The position numbers and the translations under genes were made by a program. Source: Camelus ferus (lineage: Eukaryota). Taken from it: a DNA stretch of 64,000 nucleotides. The notes beneath the pieces are model-generated. The model worked only from the letters and a program-made list of their open reading frames with translations. It was not told the DNA's origin and ran no database searches. Positions 1 through 12,404 of this stretch are shown here, piece by piece (the first letter of the stretch is position 1; every line of letters starts with the position of its first letter). The DNA is taken from contig NC_045697.1 in NCBI RefSeq assembly GCF_009834535.1, positions 93,932,001 to 93,996,000 on the forward strand. Direction: 5' to 3'.

Positions 1-199
1 TATAAAAAAGACATACAAACAAATTACTGCAGAAGCTATTATTTTTCTTCAGAACAACAGAAACACTGCTTATTCTGGAATCCAAGCTCTCTATTAATTG
101 GTACTGAACTGCCCTTCCTTCTCAACATTTCACAAACCAATCCTTTATACAGGCTAAATTGCTATATTCATTGTCATTGTTATCTGAATACAAGTCCTA

Positions 200-325
200 T
201 TTTCCCACTTCAATGTCTCATTTAAGGGATTCTCCTGGCACAGATGTCTCTTCCTGCCCATCCCAGCCACTCTCATCTCTTGTGTCCAGTGCAAATTTGC
301 CTCCTCCATGAAGCCTTCCTTAAAA
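200..325 (+). mobile_element. L2 LINE fragment (3' region)
   Basis: '...gcctcctccatgaagccttcct' resembles the L2 3' consensus motif (tcacctcctccaggaagccttccct); heavily diverged. Confidence 0.45.
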
Positions 326-1204
326 GCACATTTTAAAATTATCAGTCATTCCTTCTTAGAAGGGATTGCATGTACAAAATATTAATCATTTATCTTAACA
401 TTTCTGGGAATAATTTCATGCATTCTACCAGATAGATGATCTATCTATCTATGGTTCACAATTAACCCCAAAGTATGGTTTCACCTGAAATATTTTATTG
501 GTAAGTCTGCATTTTGTTTATAAATAAATCTTTTCTTTCATTTCAAAACTAAGTGTACAAATGCTTAGTTTCAATATCAATATTATAAAATTATAGGAAA
601 ACTGAAATTATATTTAAAGTAATCACAAGCTTGATAAATACTGAAACACAATCTCTACAAATCTACTGACCACTGATTATTAGCACAAGGTTTGTCTTTT
701 ACAGTCTCCACATAAACATGAAAGATAGCTGTATGTCATTGAAAATATGGAATAAAGCTCTTCCTTGCATAAAAAACTGAATAGTATCTGCATTAAATAT
801 AAAACTAGTATTCATGAAATCTGTAAGTTTCTGTAAGGATCAACTGAATTTAGATTCAAAGCAAGTAAAAATCTGAACAGGTATATGAACAGCATTTTTT
901 GGAAAGCAAAATTTGGCTTTTGGCGGAAAAAAACACATATTTAGATATGCAGTTGTTTTAATAATCAATAGAATTGCAGCTTTGTTCAGTTATATCCAAT
1001 TGAGCAAACATTTTAATACAAGACATTGTGTGAAGCACTGAGCCATACAATCATAAATAAAGCTCAGAAAGATTTCCTTCAGGAACTATTTTAGATTGGT
1101 ATTTAATACTTTAGTTAACACATTCATTCATATTTTCTTATAATGAGTAAAAATACAAACTCATTTTACATATGAATAAGTAGCATTAGAACATAGGATA
1201 ATAG

Positions 1205-1415
1205 CCATAAAGATAATGACGCTTTTGAAAACTTGCTATGTGCCAGGCACTCTGGCACACACTTTATATCAATTATCATATTCAGTCCTTTCAAACACAC
1301 CATAATGTTTTAGATACTTTGGATATTCATCCGTTAATTATTAGGAACATGAAAATTAGGAAACATAAATTATTTGTACAGCGTCACATAGCTAGAAAGC
1401 CAATTGGAATCCAGG
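1205..1415 (-). mobile_element. MIR SINE
   Basis: 'tgctatgtgccaggcact...gtcacatagctagaaag...ggaatccagg' matches the reverse complement of the MIR tail and core. Confidence 0.65.
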
Positions 1416-2286
1416 TACTCCCAATTGAAGAGAGCAAGAAAATATCTAAGAATCTTCACATAAAAAGCCTGCACGAATAAACAATATTTCTATGTAAGTC
1501 CTGACCTGGAGTTGGAGTTACTAGAAAGTTTGTGGATAGTAAAAGGAATGGTTTTTATCAATATTAAGAATCATCTTTCGCTCCACTACGTGAATTTTTT
1601 TTAAAAGGTTGAACCTAAACACTGGATAAGACCCTATCTACAATATGTAAATTTAAGACTGAACATATATAATGATATGAAATGGTATTTGCAAGAATTT
1701 CTTGACACAGAATTCAAGTTCTTCCTCTTTAAGAAACTGGGAAGACTGACATCTGTATTCTAAAGGGAAATGTCTCTATACTGGTAATGTTCTGAATTTT
1801 CCTATCATCCTACATTTCAAGTGCTGTGTAAATTTTGTTTTCTGTGCTGTTCTTCATTCACAATATATGAGCTGAATTTGACTACATCCTCTACTCATGT
1901 TCCTTTTACTTTTTGCAATAGGCTTTTTAGTTCTTTGCATGTATCTGAAATGCTGAAATTTCAATCTTAATCATTCTTCATCTGGAAGGTTGCTATCATC
2001 AAACACTAAAAATACTGTTTGACTGCTTTACTTATTATCCCACAGTAATTTCCCTCTGATTGCTTTGCCCTGCATCTTTGTTTCTTCTGTATGTCTATCA
2101 ACATCTGTCATGTCAGATTACCCAACAGTCAGACTAAGTTCAGGACACCAGCAAAGCCAGAGAGTATGCCTGCACACACACACACATTCATGCAGTTTTT
2201 CAAAGTAAATTATAAGTGAGGTACTCACAGGATCTGCAGATAAAGATATTTTATTTTACAGTTCCTACTTTAACCCCTGATGATAT

Positions 2287-2441
2287 ATATATATATAATT
2301 ACTATTTTGTTGTTGGTTTTTAGGGGGAGGGAAGGAGGTAATTAGGTTGTTTACTTATTTATTTAATGGAGGTACTGGGGATTGAACCCAGGACCTCATG
2401 CATGCTGGGCATGCACCCCAGCTCTGAGCTATACCCTCCCC
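2287..2441 (-). mobile_element. Camelid tRNA-derived SINE (Vic-1-like)
   Basis: Reverse complement reads GGGGAGGGTATAGCTCAG...GAGGTCCTGGGTTCAATCCCCAGTACCTCCATTAAATAAAT..., with pol III A/B boxes and an A/AT-rich tail; direct repeat ctgatgatat at 2277-2286 and 2446-2455 is the probable TSD. Confidence 0.85.
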
Positions 2442-2500
2442 TTATCTGATGATATTACATTTAGTAGTCTGTATTTTCAGACTTCATGGAATCTCTTTAT

Positions 2501-2501
<1 letters not shown>

Positions 2502-2535
<34 letters not shown>
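2502..2535. repeat. (CA)17 microsatellite
   Basis: Direct inspection. Confidence 0.95.
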
Positions 2536-2536
<1 letters not shown>

Positions 2537-2799
2537 GCATAGATGTTACTGTTTGGAGATAAATCAGAACATTCTTGAACCTTCCTAAATTTATTTAATC
2601 ATTTATTTTATTTTTAATTATCTATGAAGAAGATGCTGTATAGTACTCTGAAAGAAAATCATTTGTTTCAGATTGTACATGAAAATAAACCCACAGTTAA
2701 TCAATAAAAATGAAAGTCATGCTAGTTTCCACATAACTTCATTAGACATATACATACACCCCATTTAAACACTGTACACATGACCAAATATTAGACACA

Positions 2800-3500
2800 G
2801 AAGTGCAGAAAGAAGAGGAAAGCACAGACCTTTCAGAAAAGGGGCTATGGAAGGCTTCAGATAAGAGGTGACATTTAAGGTGGATTTGGAAAGATAGGTA
2901 GGACACGGCAAGCCTAAAAGAGGAAGATGTTAGATAGAATAATATGGGAGAAAAGCTCACAGGTGTCAAAGCCCAAGGCAGAGGCCTGCTTTGCAGTCTA
3001 TCCTTTCTTTGAGCAGCACCTGTAAAGCATCTTCCCAAAGCTAGCTCCTCCATGTCCTTCAGTTCTCAGCTTCAATATCACCTTACTTCCCAGCCAGGCA
3101 GTATCTCCTCACAGACTGAGAAAATCTTTACCTCAGGACCCAGTTTTACTCGTTTCCTTTTAACAGAGATCACTACCTGCCATTTTAGATAGGGCGGTTG
3201 GGAAATCCTTCTCGAAAAAGTGCCATTTAAGCAGGGACCTAAGGGCAGTGAGGTGATAAGGCACATAAGGCTACTGAAGAGGAAGGCTCCATCAGAGGAA
3301 GCAGTGAAGGCAAAAGCATCATTAGCCTGGTGTGCTCGTGAACCACAGGGGCGCCAACTTGGCTCGGGCGGCAGGGTTAATGAGGTAGAAAGTGGTAGGG
3401 TGTGAGGTCAAAGGCTGGATAATGAAGGGTTTTATAAATCATGAAAAGTAGTTTGGATTATAATCTGAATACGATGAAAGGCCATAGAGGGGATTTGAAT
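2800..3500 (-). mobile_element. Cluster of L2 fragments (mostly minus strand; ~3000-3100 appears plus strand)
   Basis: 'ggaaggcttc...gaggtgacatttaag', 'gggaaatccttctc..gtgccatttaagcagggacctaag' and 'aggccatagaggggatttgaa' resemble antisense L2; 'ctcctccatgtccttcagttctcagcttcaatatcacc' resembles sense L2. Confidence 0.6.
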
Positions 3501-4829
3501 TAAAAGAAAAATATATTTATGTACATTTTTAAAAATATGATTTATGGAAAAATGTCTCTAAGCTTGGCAGTGTAGTTCAGCTCAGCGTACAAAAGAATAA
3601 TTACATCTCTTATACAGTCCCAAGTTCTTGGTAATAATAAAGCGATAATTGGTAAATTTATTTCCCAGAATGTTCCAGTTATTCATGTTCATCCATCTAA
3701 TAGACTGATGGCTCAGGTGCAGCAGGAAACAGGACGAACAATGAGTAGATTAGGAATCTAGTCTAATCATAGGACTCTAGGTGAGGAGTGATGAAATCTT
3801 GGTTTTGTCTGCTCAGGGTGAGTGAAGAAACTCTTCATGGCTCCTACGAAGCTTTTCCAGGGGAATAAATAGATTGCACTATTGACTGTATTTTCAGTCC
3901 TAAAGACCTATTCTCTTAAACTAGGTGATATGGGTTAGGTGAATCCTGAGAGCCATATTACTTTAAAGTAGACCAGTTCTAAACAAAGTCAGAGCTGCCT
4001 ACATCTTTATCTACCACTGATTTAGATTTCCATGGGAATTTCCAACTTATTACACCAATGAGAAACAATCAGAAAAATCTCTGTTAGACCAAAAGGTGCT
4101 GTCACACTCACGAACAGCATATATTGGGAATACTGCTTAATTTTCACTAGAAACAGCTGGAATTAGCAAATTGTGACTAATGTGTCTTATTCCTAGAAAA
4201 TCGTATCAATACCTTTGTAGCCTTTCCAGAAATGAGTTTAGATGCAAAACCAGGATATAAGATGCAATTTTACTATTTTATTATTAAATAACTCTGTATG
4301 TTTATAAATTTGTTTGGTTTATTTTCTATATTACCATGAAAGAATACCGAGAAACCTGTCATTGGATTCCCAATAAATGTAAGACAGATATAACTGGTTG
4401 TAATCAAGAGCCCAGTTTCTTGCACGGAAATATATGAAAATGAAATTTCTTCTAGTGAAACAAATATCCAACCATCCCAACTTAGCTTCATTTAAACAAC
4501 AGGGAGAATCCTCAGTGATCCATCGCCACCACCAAGTGAGCCACAACAACCTGAAGTCACTGAATAGTACCACTTTTACCAGAGCTCATGAAACAGTGTA
4601 GGCAAATTGTGTACATAGTTTAGTATTGAATAAAATAAGAAATGAAGAGATAGTATACATCTTTCATATCTAAAGTCTCTTGGTATCCTAAGACTTCAAC
4701 TTTGTCATCAGTTTAAGAAATCAAAATAAGGTCTGGGAGACAGACCTTTGGAGTGGTTCGAGGAAGGACCTCTGAAAATCCCATCCTCTGTGCACGTAAC
4801 AGGACACTGGAAAAAGTTGTCAAACTTTC

Positions 4830-5390
4830 TACATTCATGTACCAAAAATATGGCCCCAAATGACATGGCCCCCCAAATAGCAAAAACTGAAAGAACTAGA
4901 AGAATAAATAAATTCCATAAGAATAGTTAAAGGTTTTAAGATACCTCTCAGTGACTGACAGAACACAAGAACACAAAATTCAGCAGAGATAGAGAAGATC
5001 TGAACTATGTAAGTAACAAGAGTGACCCAATCAAAACATATATAGAACGTGTACCCCTAAATTGCAGAACTCATGTTCTTTCCAACTGCACATAACATGT
5101 TAGCAAACTGACTTGTATGTTGACCATAAAGCAAGTCTCAACCAATTTCAAAGGATAAAAATAACAGAAAATATGATCTGTGATCACAGAGGAATAAAAT
5201 AGAAAATCAATCACAGAAAAATGACAAGAAAAATCCCAAAGTGTTTACAAATTAAGCAATACATTCTAAGAAACTAAGAGCTAAAGAAGAAATCACAATT
5301 GAAATCAGAATAGTATTTTGAGCTAAATGATTATGGAAATACAACATATCAAATCATGTAAGACAGTTAAAATTGTGCTAAGGGAAAAAA
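4830..5390 (+). mobile_element. Old L1 (L1M) ORF2 endonuclease-region fragment, decayed
   Basis: 'gatagagaagatctgaac...gaccataaagcaagtctcaaccaatttcaaagg...tgatcacagaggaataaaatagaaaatcaa' follows the end of the L1 ORF2 EN domain; stops and frameshifts present. Confidence 0.8.
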
Positions 5391-5431
5391 AAAAGTTCCA
5401 ACTGCAGACCCTGGAAAAATTAAAAAGAAGA

Positions 5432-5842
5432 CAGTAGATTTAATTGGGTCCCCTCCAAAATTATTTTGAAGGCTTAACCCCTAGTAACTGTGAATGTGAC
5501 CTTATTTGGAAACAGGGTCTTTACAGATGTAATCAAGTTAGGATGAGGTCCTACTGGATTAGGGTGAGCCTTAATGCAATACGACTGGTGGCCTTAGTAG
5601 AAGAGACCTGAAGACACAGATGAGAGACCCAAGGAAGAAGGACATCTGACAGTGGAGACAGAGATTGGAGTAATGCAGTTATAAGCCAAGAAACTCCAAG
5701 GATTGCCAGCAACTACCAGAAACTAGGAAGAGGCAAAAATTCTTCTGTAGAGCCTCAAAGGGAGCATGATCCTGGTGACAACTTGATTTCCAACCTCACA
5801 TCTTCAGAACTGTGAGAGAACAAATTCTGTTGCTTTATGCCA
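5432..5842 (+). mobile_element. MaLR LTR (MLT1C-like)
   Basis: 'gaatgtgaccttatttggaaacagggtctttacagatgtaatcaagttaggatgaggtc...cagaactgtgagagaacaaattctgttgcttta' matches the MLT1 LTR consensus. Confidence 0.85.
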
Positions 5843-5849
5843 AATTAAT

Positions 5850-6680
5850 GGTCAAGATTAATGTTTTTAAGGCCTCTCAAAATTATCCAAGGATTTTCAA
5901 CCATCTAATGGGCAATTTTTTAAATGGCTGAATCTTTGTAACAGTGAACTTTATGGCATTTTAATTTGCTCTACTGCCATCCCCATCTTCTCAGTTCTGT
6001 GTTACCCTCAAAACCCAGCTACCCTGCAGCCACAGTAATTGAGAAAAACAACAGTGGAACAGCCAATGATGTGGGCAGAATGGACTTAAATCTTTCCAAA
6101 CATCCCCACTATCAGTGGATTTTCACTATTTGACTAAGTGTCAGCTCCATAGAAACACCCCGTTTGCCAGATCTGTCATTATTTGACCTGCCTGTATCTC
6201 CTTCAGCTGGAAAAGCTTTAACCCCAGGGTACTTGTCAAAAACAGCAAGTAGTGATTGTTCAAATCACATCTTCCTGAGATGGCAATCTAGTTTTAAAAT
6301 ACGGACACTGGCAAAAACCATAAATGAGAATCTTGTGAATCAGGTGTCCCTAAAGGGCTTTCCAAAGCTCCACCACATTCCTGGGGAATGGGGAGATCAC
6401 ATATATGTGCAGGACTGTGGCCACGTCTAGGAAAGACCTGAGGAGGGCTGAACATCTCAATGCTAAGCTGATGTTGAAATCACTGCAGGAAGCTAAGAGA
6501 GACCTGTAAACTGCTAGAGGATGGCAGACAAGCACCAACACACACAAAGCCCAGCAGTAAGGGCCAATGGAAGACTAGTGATTCCAGGCTGAGCAGTGAT
6601 TTGAATGACCATACATGGAGGGGAGTATGCTTTAGAAAATTAGTACAGGAAGGTCACTAAACAAAAAAACAATCATTGAC
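5850..6680 (+). mobile_element. Old L1 5' UTR region (L1M4/L1MC-like); probably continues the fragment at ~4730-4825
   Basis: 'tggctgaatc...tttatggcattttaatttgc...aaaaccca', 'ctttccaaagctccaccacattcctgggg' and 'aggtcactaaacaaa' resemble old L1 5' ends. Confidence 0.55.
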
Positions 6681-6975
6681 AACAGCCAAGGATGATGTAT
6701 AATTTATCTGAGGTTAAGATGAGTTTTCCAAAGCAGTCAGTGAGTGTAAATTAAGACAGAAAGAGAGAGAGAGAAAGAAAGAGAGAGAGAATCCTGTAAG
6801 TTAGGTAGATAAGGACAATCAGAAAAGAGGAGATAGGAAGAGGCAGCTAGCCAGGTAAGAGTAAAGCTACTTGTGTGCTGTCTTAGAAGCCAACTGAAGA
6901 AAAGATAACAAGGAGAAAGGAGTTATCAGATATGGCAATTACAGCTGACAAGTCAAACATGGAGTGGGAGATGAG
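6680..6975 (-). mobile_element. L2 fragment with embedded (GA)-rich tract at ~6758-6790
   Basis: 'tgtataatttatctgagg..agatgag' and 'gtgctgtcttagaagccaactgaagaaaag..aaggagaaaggag' resemble antisense L2. Confidence 0.5.
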
Positions 6976-7274
6976 GTCAGAAAAGGGAAAACTGATGGCC
7001 TGGAAACCCTGAACTTCTTAAAATGACCGAAGATTCAAAGAAGAGCATGACAGTAATGGCAAGGCCATCACTAGGATGAGCACTAATTAACTGATATTGA
7101 CTACTTTATAAATAATATAATTAAACCCATTTGAATAACCACAGTAGATTTTTTCTAGAGTTTTATGCATCATAGAATAATTTGTAATGATAATTCTAAT
7201 ATAGCATATAAAGCAAATTGATTATTAAAGATGACTTTTTGAAGTCATATATTAGTATCATCAGTTCTCTATAG

Positions 7275-7620
7275 TGTGTCTCATCAGGACAAAGGAACTC
7301 ATACAAGCTTTTTCAACAGAGAGAAGTTTATAGAGGGCATCAGTTGCATAAGTGTTTAGAGCTTAAAGCAAAAAAAAATACAAATAAGATTTTTCACAGA
7401 GATAACAATTGGAAGCAACAACAACTGTCTGAAAGACTGTTGAACAAAAGGAATATGCTGGGATTATCAGACCCTAGAAAAGACTCTGTAGAGTAGGTGT
7501 TCAGAACGGGGGGCTTAGGCAAACTAGCCCTGAAACACTAGCATGACTAGGCTGGTTCTGGGAGTGAGGAAACAACCTGGAGGCTGGAACTAGTGGCTTC
7601 TGGCAAATGAAGGGCAGTTT
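7275..7620 (-). mobile_element. Ancient ERVL-type LTR fragment (LTR33-like)
   Basis: 'tctcatcaggacaaaggaactcatacaagc...agagaagtttatagaggg' resembles an antisense LTR33-type end. Confidence 0.35.
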
Positions 7621-9009
7621 TACCCTCCTGAAAGATAACAGTTGAATAATATACACAATATACAAGTATGAAGCTTAACAGATTTAAAATCATAAAGCAT
7701 AACCAATTAATTAATAAAATGTTATAAAAATCTCTATTGTAAATCCTGTGTTACCTAGAAATATGTATTTTGATTATCAAGATAAAGTGGTTTCCTGTGA
7801 TAAATGTATCAAAAGATAGAGAGAATTCCAGGTCAGAGATCTTTAATTTTCATTAGGTATGGGTATATAAATAATAAAAGTTACATTTACTGCAATTATT
7901 ATAGAAATTATTACAGAAATTTTAGTAAGCACTCATGTATCCAAAAATAATCAGAAAATTGGGTCTTTTGGTTAATTGAACATTCTTGTTAATTGACATT
8001 TGTCAAATATATCATACATGGATTAACAGTGTTCAAAGAACTAGAATAAAATAACACACACTTGACATCAGAATTATGACTTTAAGGCTCTTCCTAGCTA
8101 CATAATTCTGATTCTCTTCAGAATATACAAATGTTCAGACGTTAGTTAGTATGTCATTGACTCAAATTAATCAACAAATAATTGTAGTTGTGTAACATTT
8201 AGGAGTTCAAGGTGAAGCTAATAAAACTGAATTGTTACTGACTCTTAGACACAGCTTAGAGTTTGATTATATAAGTACATTTCTGAAGTAAAATTAAATT
8301 AAGCTACAAAACGTTATGGGGTAAAAAATAACTCTATATTTTTAATTGTTGATTTTCTGGATTAATGGATGCAAACGCAATCATGTCTTAATATAATGAT
8401 AGAGAGCTGACTCAGCAAGATACAATTTCAAATATCATCATTATTTTTCTCTACATCTATATGCTCTTGGGATATATTTTTATTTCTCCTTTGAATATAA
8501 TTATCAGCTAATAAACTTTTAAAATGTAATGCAAGTAAACAAGAGTTTTGTATTTGTGCTATGAAAACTATTTTTATGGTAAGCTGATTAAAGAGAGAGC
8601 ATGCCATTCTTTCTGTTCTCTATTGATTATCACTAACTACTGACTGGTTCAGAGAGTTTTAATAATTCTTAAAATGCTATGACTGGGACAGAAAATGTAA
8701 CAAATTTGTATGTTCACTGAAAAATATAACCCTTTTCTTACTGGACCTATCAAAAACTATTATATTAATCACAGGATTAACTGATATAGGCAGAAAGAAA
8801 AGGGGATATTTTAACAAAAAGTCATTTGCTCTATGACTTAAGTAAAAAAGATATCCTGAAAACCACTAATATGTTTGAAGAAATAAAAATCCCACAATAC
8901 ACTGTCATTAGACAAGTATAGACCATTAAGAATAAAACTTATTATTCAGTTAAATGGTGTTTGTACTGTAGTATCACTGAATGAATTCTGGAAACAATAA
9001 AGTTAAAAT

Positions 9010-9745
9010 TAGCATCAAGCATACCCTTAAGTTTCCTTAGTACCCTTGGTTATCCCTTTCTCTCACATTTCCCAGCCCTCTTCTAACCCTTGGCAACCTC
9101 TGATCTACTTTCTGTCACTATATATTAATTTACATTTTCTAGAATTTTATATAAATATAATTATATAGAATGTATTTTTGGGTCTAGCATCTTTCACTCA
9201 GAATAATTATTTTGATTCATCCATACTGTTAGATTTTTTAAAAGTTAATTCATTTTTATTGCTGAGTACTAGTCCATTGTATGTGCATACAATTTGTTTA
9301 TAGGTGTATGATTAACATTTTAAGAAACTGCCAAACTGTTTTTTAAAGTGGTTGTCCCATTTTCATTCCCAGTAGCATGAGAGTTCTACTTACTCCAAAT
9401 CCTCACCAACACTTGATATGATTAGAAGTTTCAATTTTAGATATTCTAATAAGTATGCTGTGATATTTCATCATGGATTACTTTTCATTATTCTAATGAC
9501 TAAAAATGTGTTTTCATTTCTAATTCTTTGTAAAGTGTCTGTTTAAAATTTGGGCTGTTTTTAAAAAAATTTCATTGTTTATTTTTCAGTTGTTGAGTTT
9601 TAAGAGTCCTTTCTATATGGTAGAGTCTAGTCTTCCATCAGATGTGTGATTTGCAATTTTCTCCAAGTTTGACACTTCTCTTTTGATTCTCTTTAACAGT
9701 GTCTTTTACAGAGCAGAAGTTCTTACCTTTGATAAAGCCCAGTCT
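9010..9745 (-). mobile_element. Old L1 3' end (L1MC/MD-like)
   Basis: 'ggcaacctctgatctactttctgtc...ttttctagaattttatataaat...gaaactgccaaactgtttttt aaagtggttg...atcctcaccaacacttg' is typical antisense L1 ORF2 end and 3' UTR. Confidence 0.85.
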
Positions 9746-10117
9746 GCAAAGAAAATTCCACAGATGTGTGCAAAATAGTTACATGCAATTATGGTAGTAC
9801 ATCAAAATAGGACCTAACTATCTTCTTTTATTTATGGTAATTCTTATTCTGGATAATCATCATGATCATTATCATCAACAGTTTAAGCAGGTCTTCAGTC
9901 AGACAGAAGAGTTACTAGAAATAGGTAAAATGTTATTACTTTTCAACTGGAGCCCATTTCCCTTTGTATTACCAATGTGCACCATATTTCCCACACCTTC
10001 GCACAGTCATTTCCCAGAAAGAAATCTACACATTTTATTTCTGAAAGCAAGCGACACCAGTGTGTGAAAACACACATCATTCCAGAGTATTCATGTTCGG
10101 AATATTCTAAACATCCT

Positions 10118-10554
10118 TCCTTTGGTAGGCTGGATCACTGTTCCCAATCCCTCACTCTGCGTGTACCCAAACTTTTTTGCCAAGTGACTTTGCTGTTCCT
10201 ACCATTAGAGTGACTGACACCACTGATGCGGGTGCAAATGACTTACTTTGACCAATGGAATATTAGTGGATGTGACATGAACAAAGTGCTTACAGATCCC
10301 TAGGTGCTTTGGCCTCTCTCTTGTGTTTCACAAGCACAATGAATGAAGTGTGCCCCTGTAGCTGTTGTCCCTTCAGTCTGGACCTCAGAATAGATCAGTA
10401 GAAGGAAACAGAGCCTGGACCAGAAGCTTGAAGCCAACCCAATTTTAAGGTAAATCTACTCTCAATGACTCACAGAAGAGACGGCCAGAAAATATGTGTA
10501 TTGCTTTAAGCCTTGAGTTATGCAACATTATTGCAGGAACATTTAACTACTATA
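10118..10554 (+). mobile_element. MaLR LTR (MLT1I/J-like)
   Basis: 'tgacttactttgaccaatggaatattagtggatgtgac' and end 'ttgctttaagcc..gagttatgcaacattattgcagg...aactactata'. Confidence 0.7.
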
Positions 10555-10784
10555 TTTATATACATAAATTTGTGGATGATGATGGGGTCTTAATATTCAA
10601 ATCATCTTTTTTCATGAAGAAGTAACATTCCTCCTTTATGAAGGAATATTATTCTTATAAATGGAAAAACATCATCCTCATTTCAAAGAAGAAAAAATTA
10701 TGATACCGAGAAGAATTCTATAGATAAATTCTCAAGTATATTTTTGAAAGAAAATAGGGAAACAGGTATTTTAAAGTTATCACG

Positions 10785-11230
10785 ATAATGATATCAGCTA
10801 ATTAGCATTTCTTGAACTTTACATTCTTAGGCAGTTGGGGATAAATGTTTTATAGATATCACATCTTTTAAGGCTGACGAGTAATCCTATGAAAAAGGGA
10901 GGGATTATTAACAGTATTACATAAAGCAGTGTTTCTCAAAGTGTAATCCCCACACCACAAGTAGCAACATCACTTGGGAGCACGTTAGAAATGCAAATTA
11001 TTGGGACTCACTCAGACCTACTGAATCACAAACACGGGGAGTGAGACATAGGGATTCGTATTTTCACAACTTTCTAGGTTATTCTAATGCACATTCAACT
11101 TTGAGAACCACTGAAGATGGGGGAGGGGAGTAGGAGATACAGAGGTTAAGTAAGTTGCACAAATAAAACAGCTAATTAATGTTTGTTTTAGGATTCTTTT
11201 TTTTTTTTTTAGGATTTCAACCAGACATTC
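10785..11230 (-). mobile_element. MIR SINE interrupted by MER5A
   Basis: MIR-tail-like sequence on the left; 'gatacagaggttaagtaagttgc' core on the right of the MER5A. Confidence 0.5.
10927..11113. mobile_element. MER5A hAT-Charlie MITE
   Basis: Terminal inverted repeats cagtgtttctcaaagt ... actttgagaaccactg; internal 'gttagaaatgcaaatt...cagacctactgaatca'; length 187 bp. Confidence 0.9.
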
Positions 11231-11239
11231 TTACTTTCA

Positions 11240-11420
11240 TTATGTGCTAGGTGCTTTGTGTACATACTCTTATTTAATACTCAGCAAACCTGTGAATTAG
11301 ATACTGTCATTCCAGTTTTCACAGAGAGGGAAACAGAGCTCTTGGGTCAATAGTTAGTAAGTTGTGAATTGTTACCTATAACCAGATCTGTCCAACTCCA
11401 AACTCAATAATTTACTACTA
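11240..11420 (-). mobile_element. MIR SINE
   Basis: 'tatgtgctaggtgctttg...ttttcacagagagggaaacagagct...ccagatctgtccaactccaaa'. Confidence 0.65.
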
Positions 11421-12086
11421 TACAAAAACTCTTTTATAAGACATTAAAAACAAGCAGGGGATCAAGGAGTTTTTCCATGTGTAGAATATAATCTTCCAGA
11501 ATTACTCCAAGATCACTGCATAGAAAATAAAAGATTGAGTGCTGTCATGGTGTCAATGAATTGTGTCTAACACAGAAAATTAAAGAACCGGAAGAACTTC
11601 AACTTATAAAACAGAAGCTATTTCGAAGACAGTTTTATCGAAAGTTACTTCAAGATAAATGCATTAACGAAAAAGCACAAATAGTTAATGTTACTCACAC
11701 ATTAATCGGATCTTTAACTTAGTCTTTTGGAAGGTTGTAAAATATGCTCAATGGACCATTTTTTGGCAAGTCGGAAGTTTTGTTCGACCGACAAAAAGTG
11801 AGTTGTTCCATTTGTTTTTCTTTTTGTTGTTGGTTTTTGTTTCTGGGTTTTTGTTGACTTTGGTTGACTTTTTATTTTTTATTTTTGTAAGAGCTTAAAT
11901 CTAAGCTTAAAAATGAGGTTATACAAAAAAAAAATCTATATATCCAGTGTCTTTTCAAAAATCAGTTCTGGCAACACTGGAACCAAGTTATACATGACAT
12001 GGCAGATACAGCCACCTCCAGTGGAAGCACGCTCTCTCCTGTTCGCCATTTCCTGTTAACAGATGCCAGCCGAGTACCTGTTAATT

Positions 12087-12302
12087 GTACAGGCTGGAGT
12101 CAATCATCCCTGGGTTGAATCCTAGCTTTACCACGTACCAGGTGCATGATTTGGGCAATTTCCAGATTCCATATCCATAAAATAAAGATAACAATAATAG
12201 TGCATTAATTTCTGAGAGATTAATGATGTAATGCATGAAAAAATATTCAGATTCTTTCCTGGCTTTGAGTAAGTAAGTGCTCAATAAAGGTTAGTTATTA
12301 TT
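12087..12302 (+). mobile_element. MIR SINE
   Basis: 'ggctggagtca...ctgggttgaatcctagcttt...gtaagtgctcaataaaggttagttattatt'. Confidence 0.8.
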
Positions 12303-12404
12303 TTATTATGTATTATTATTATTATTAACTATTAGTTATCTTTTTTCCCCAAAGGGAAAGAATATTTCACTACTCTCAAGCTTTTCTCTCAGAGATAGGG
12401 CTGT

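Noticed and set aside
2117..2163. Possible + strand mini-exon (tcag|ATTACC...AGA|gtatgc)
   Set aside because: Weak donor and unrecognised peptide
2370..2441. tRNA-like sequence
   Set aside because: It is the head of a SINE with tail and TSD; not a tRNA gene
11531..11800. NUMT as the explanation for the CpG-rich patch
   Set aside because: I could not match either strand to mitochondrial rRNA, tRNA or protein motifs from memory; a BLAST search is needed to exclude it formally
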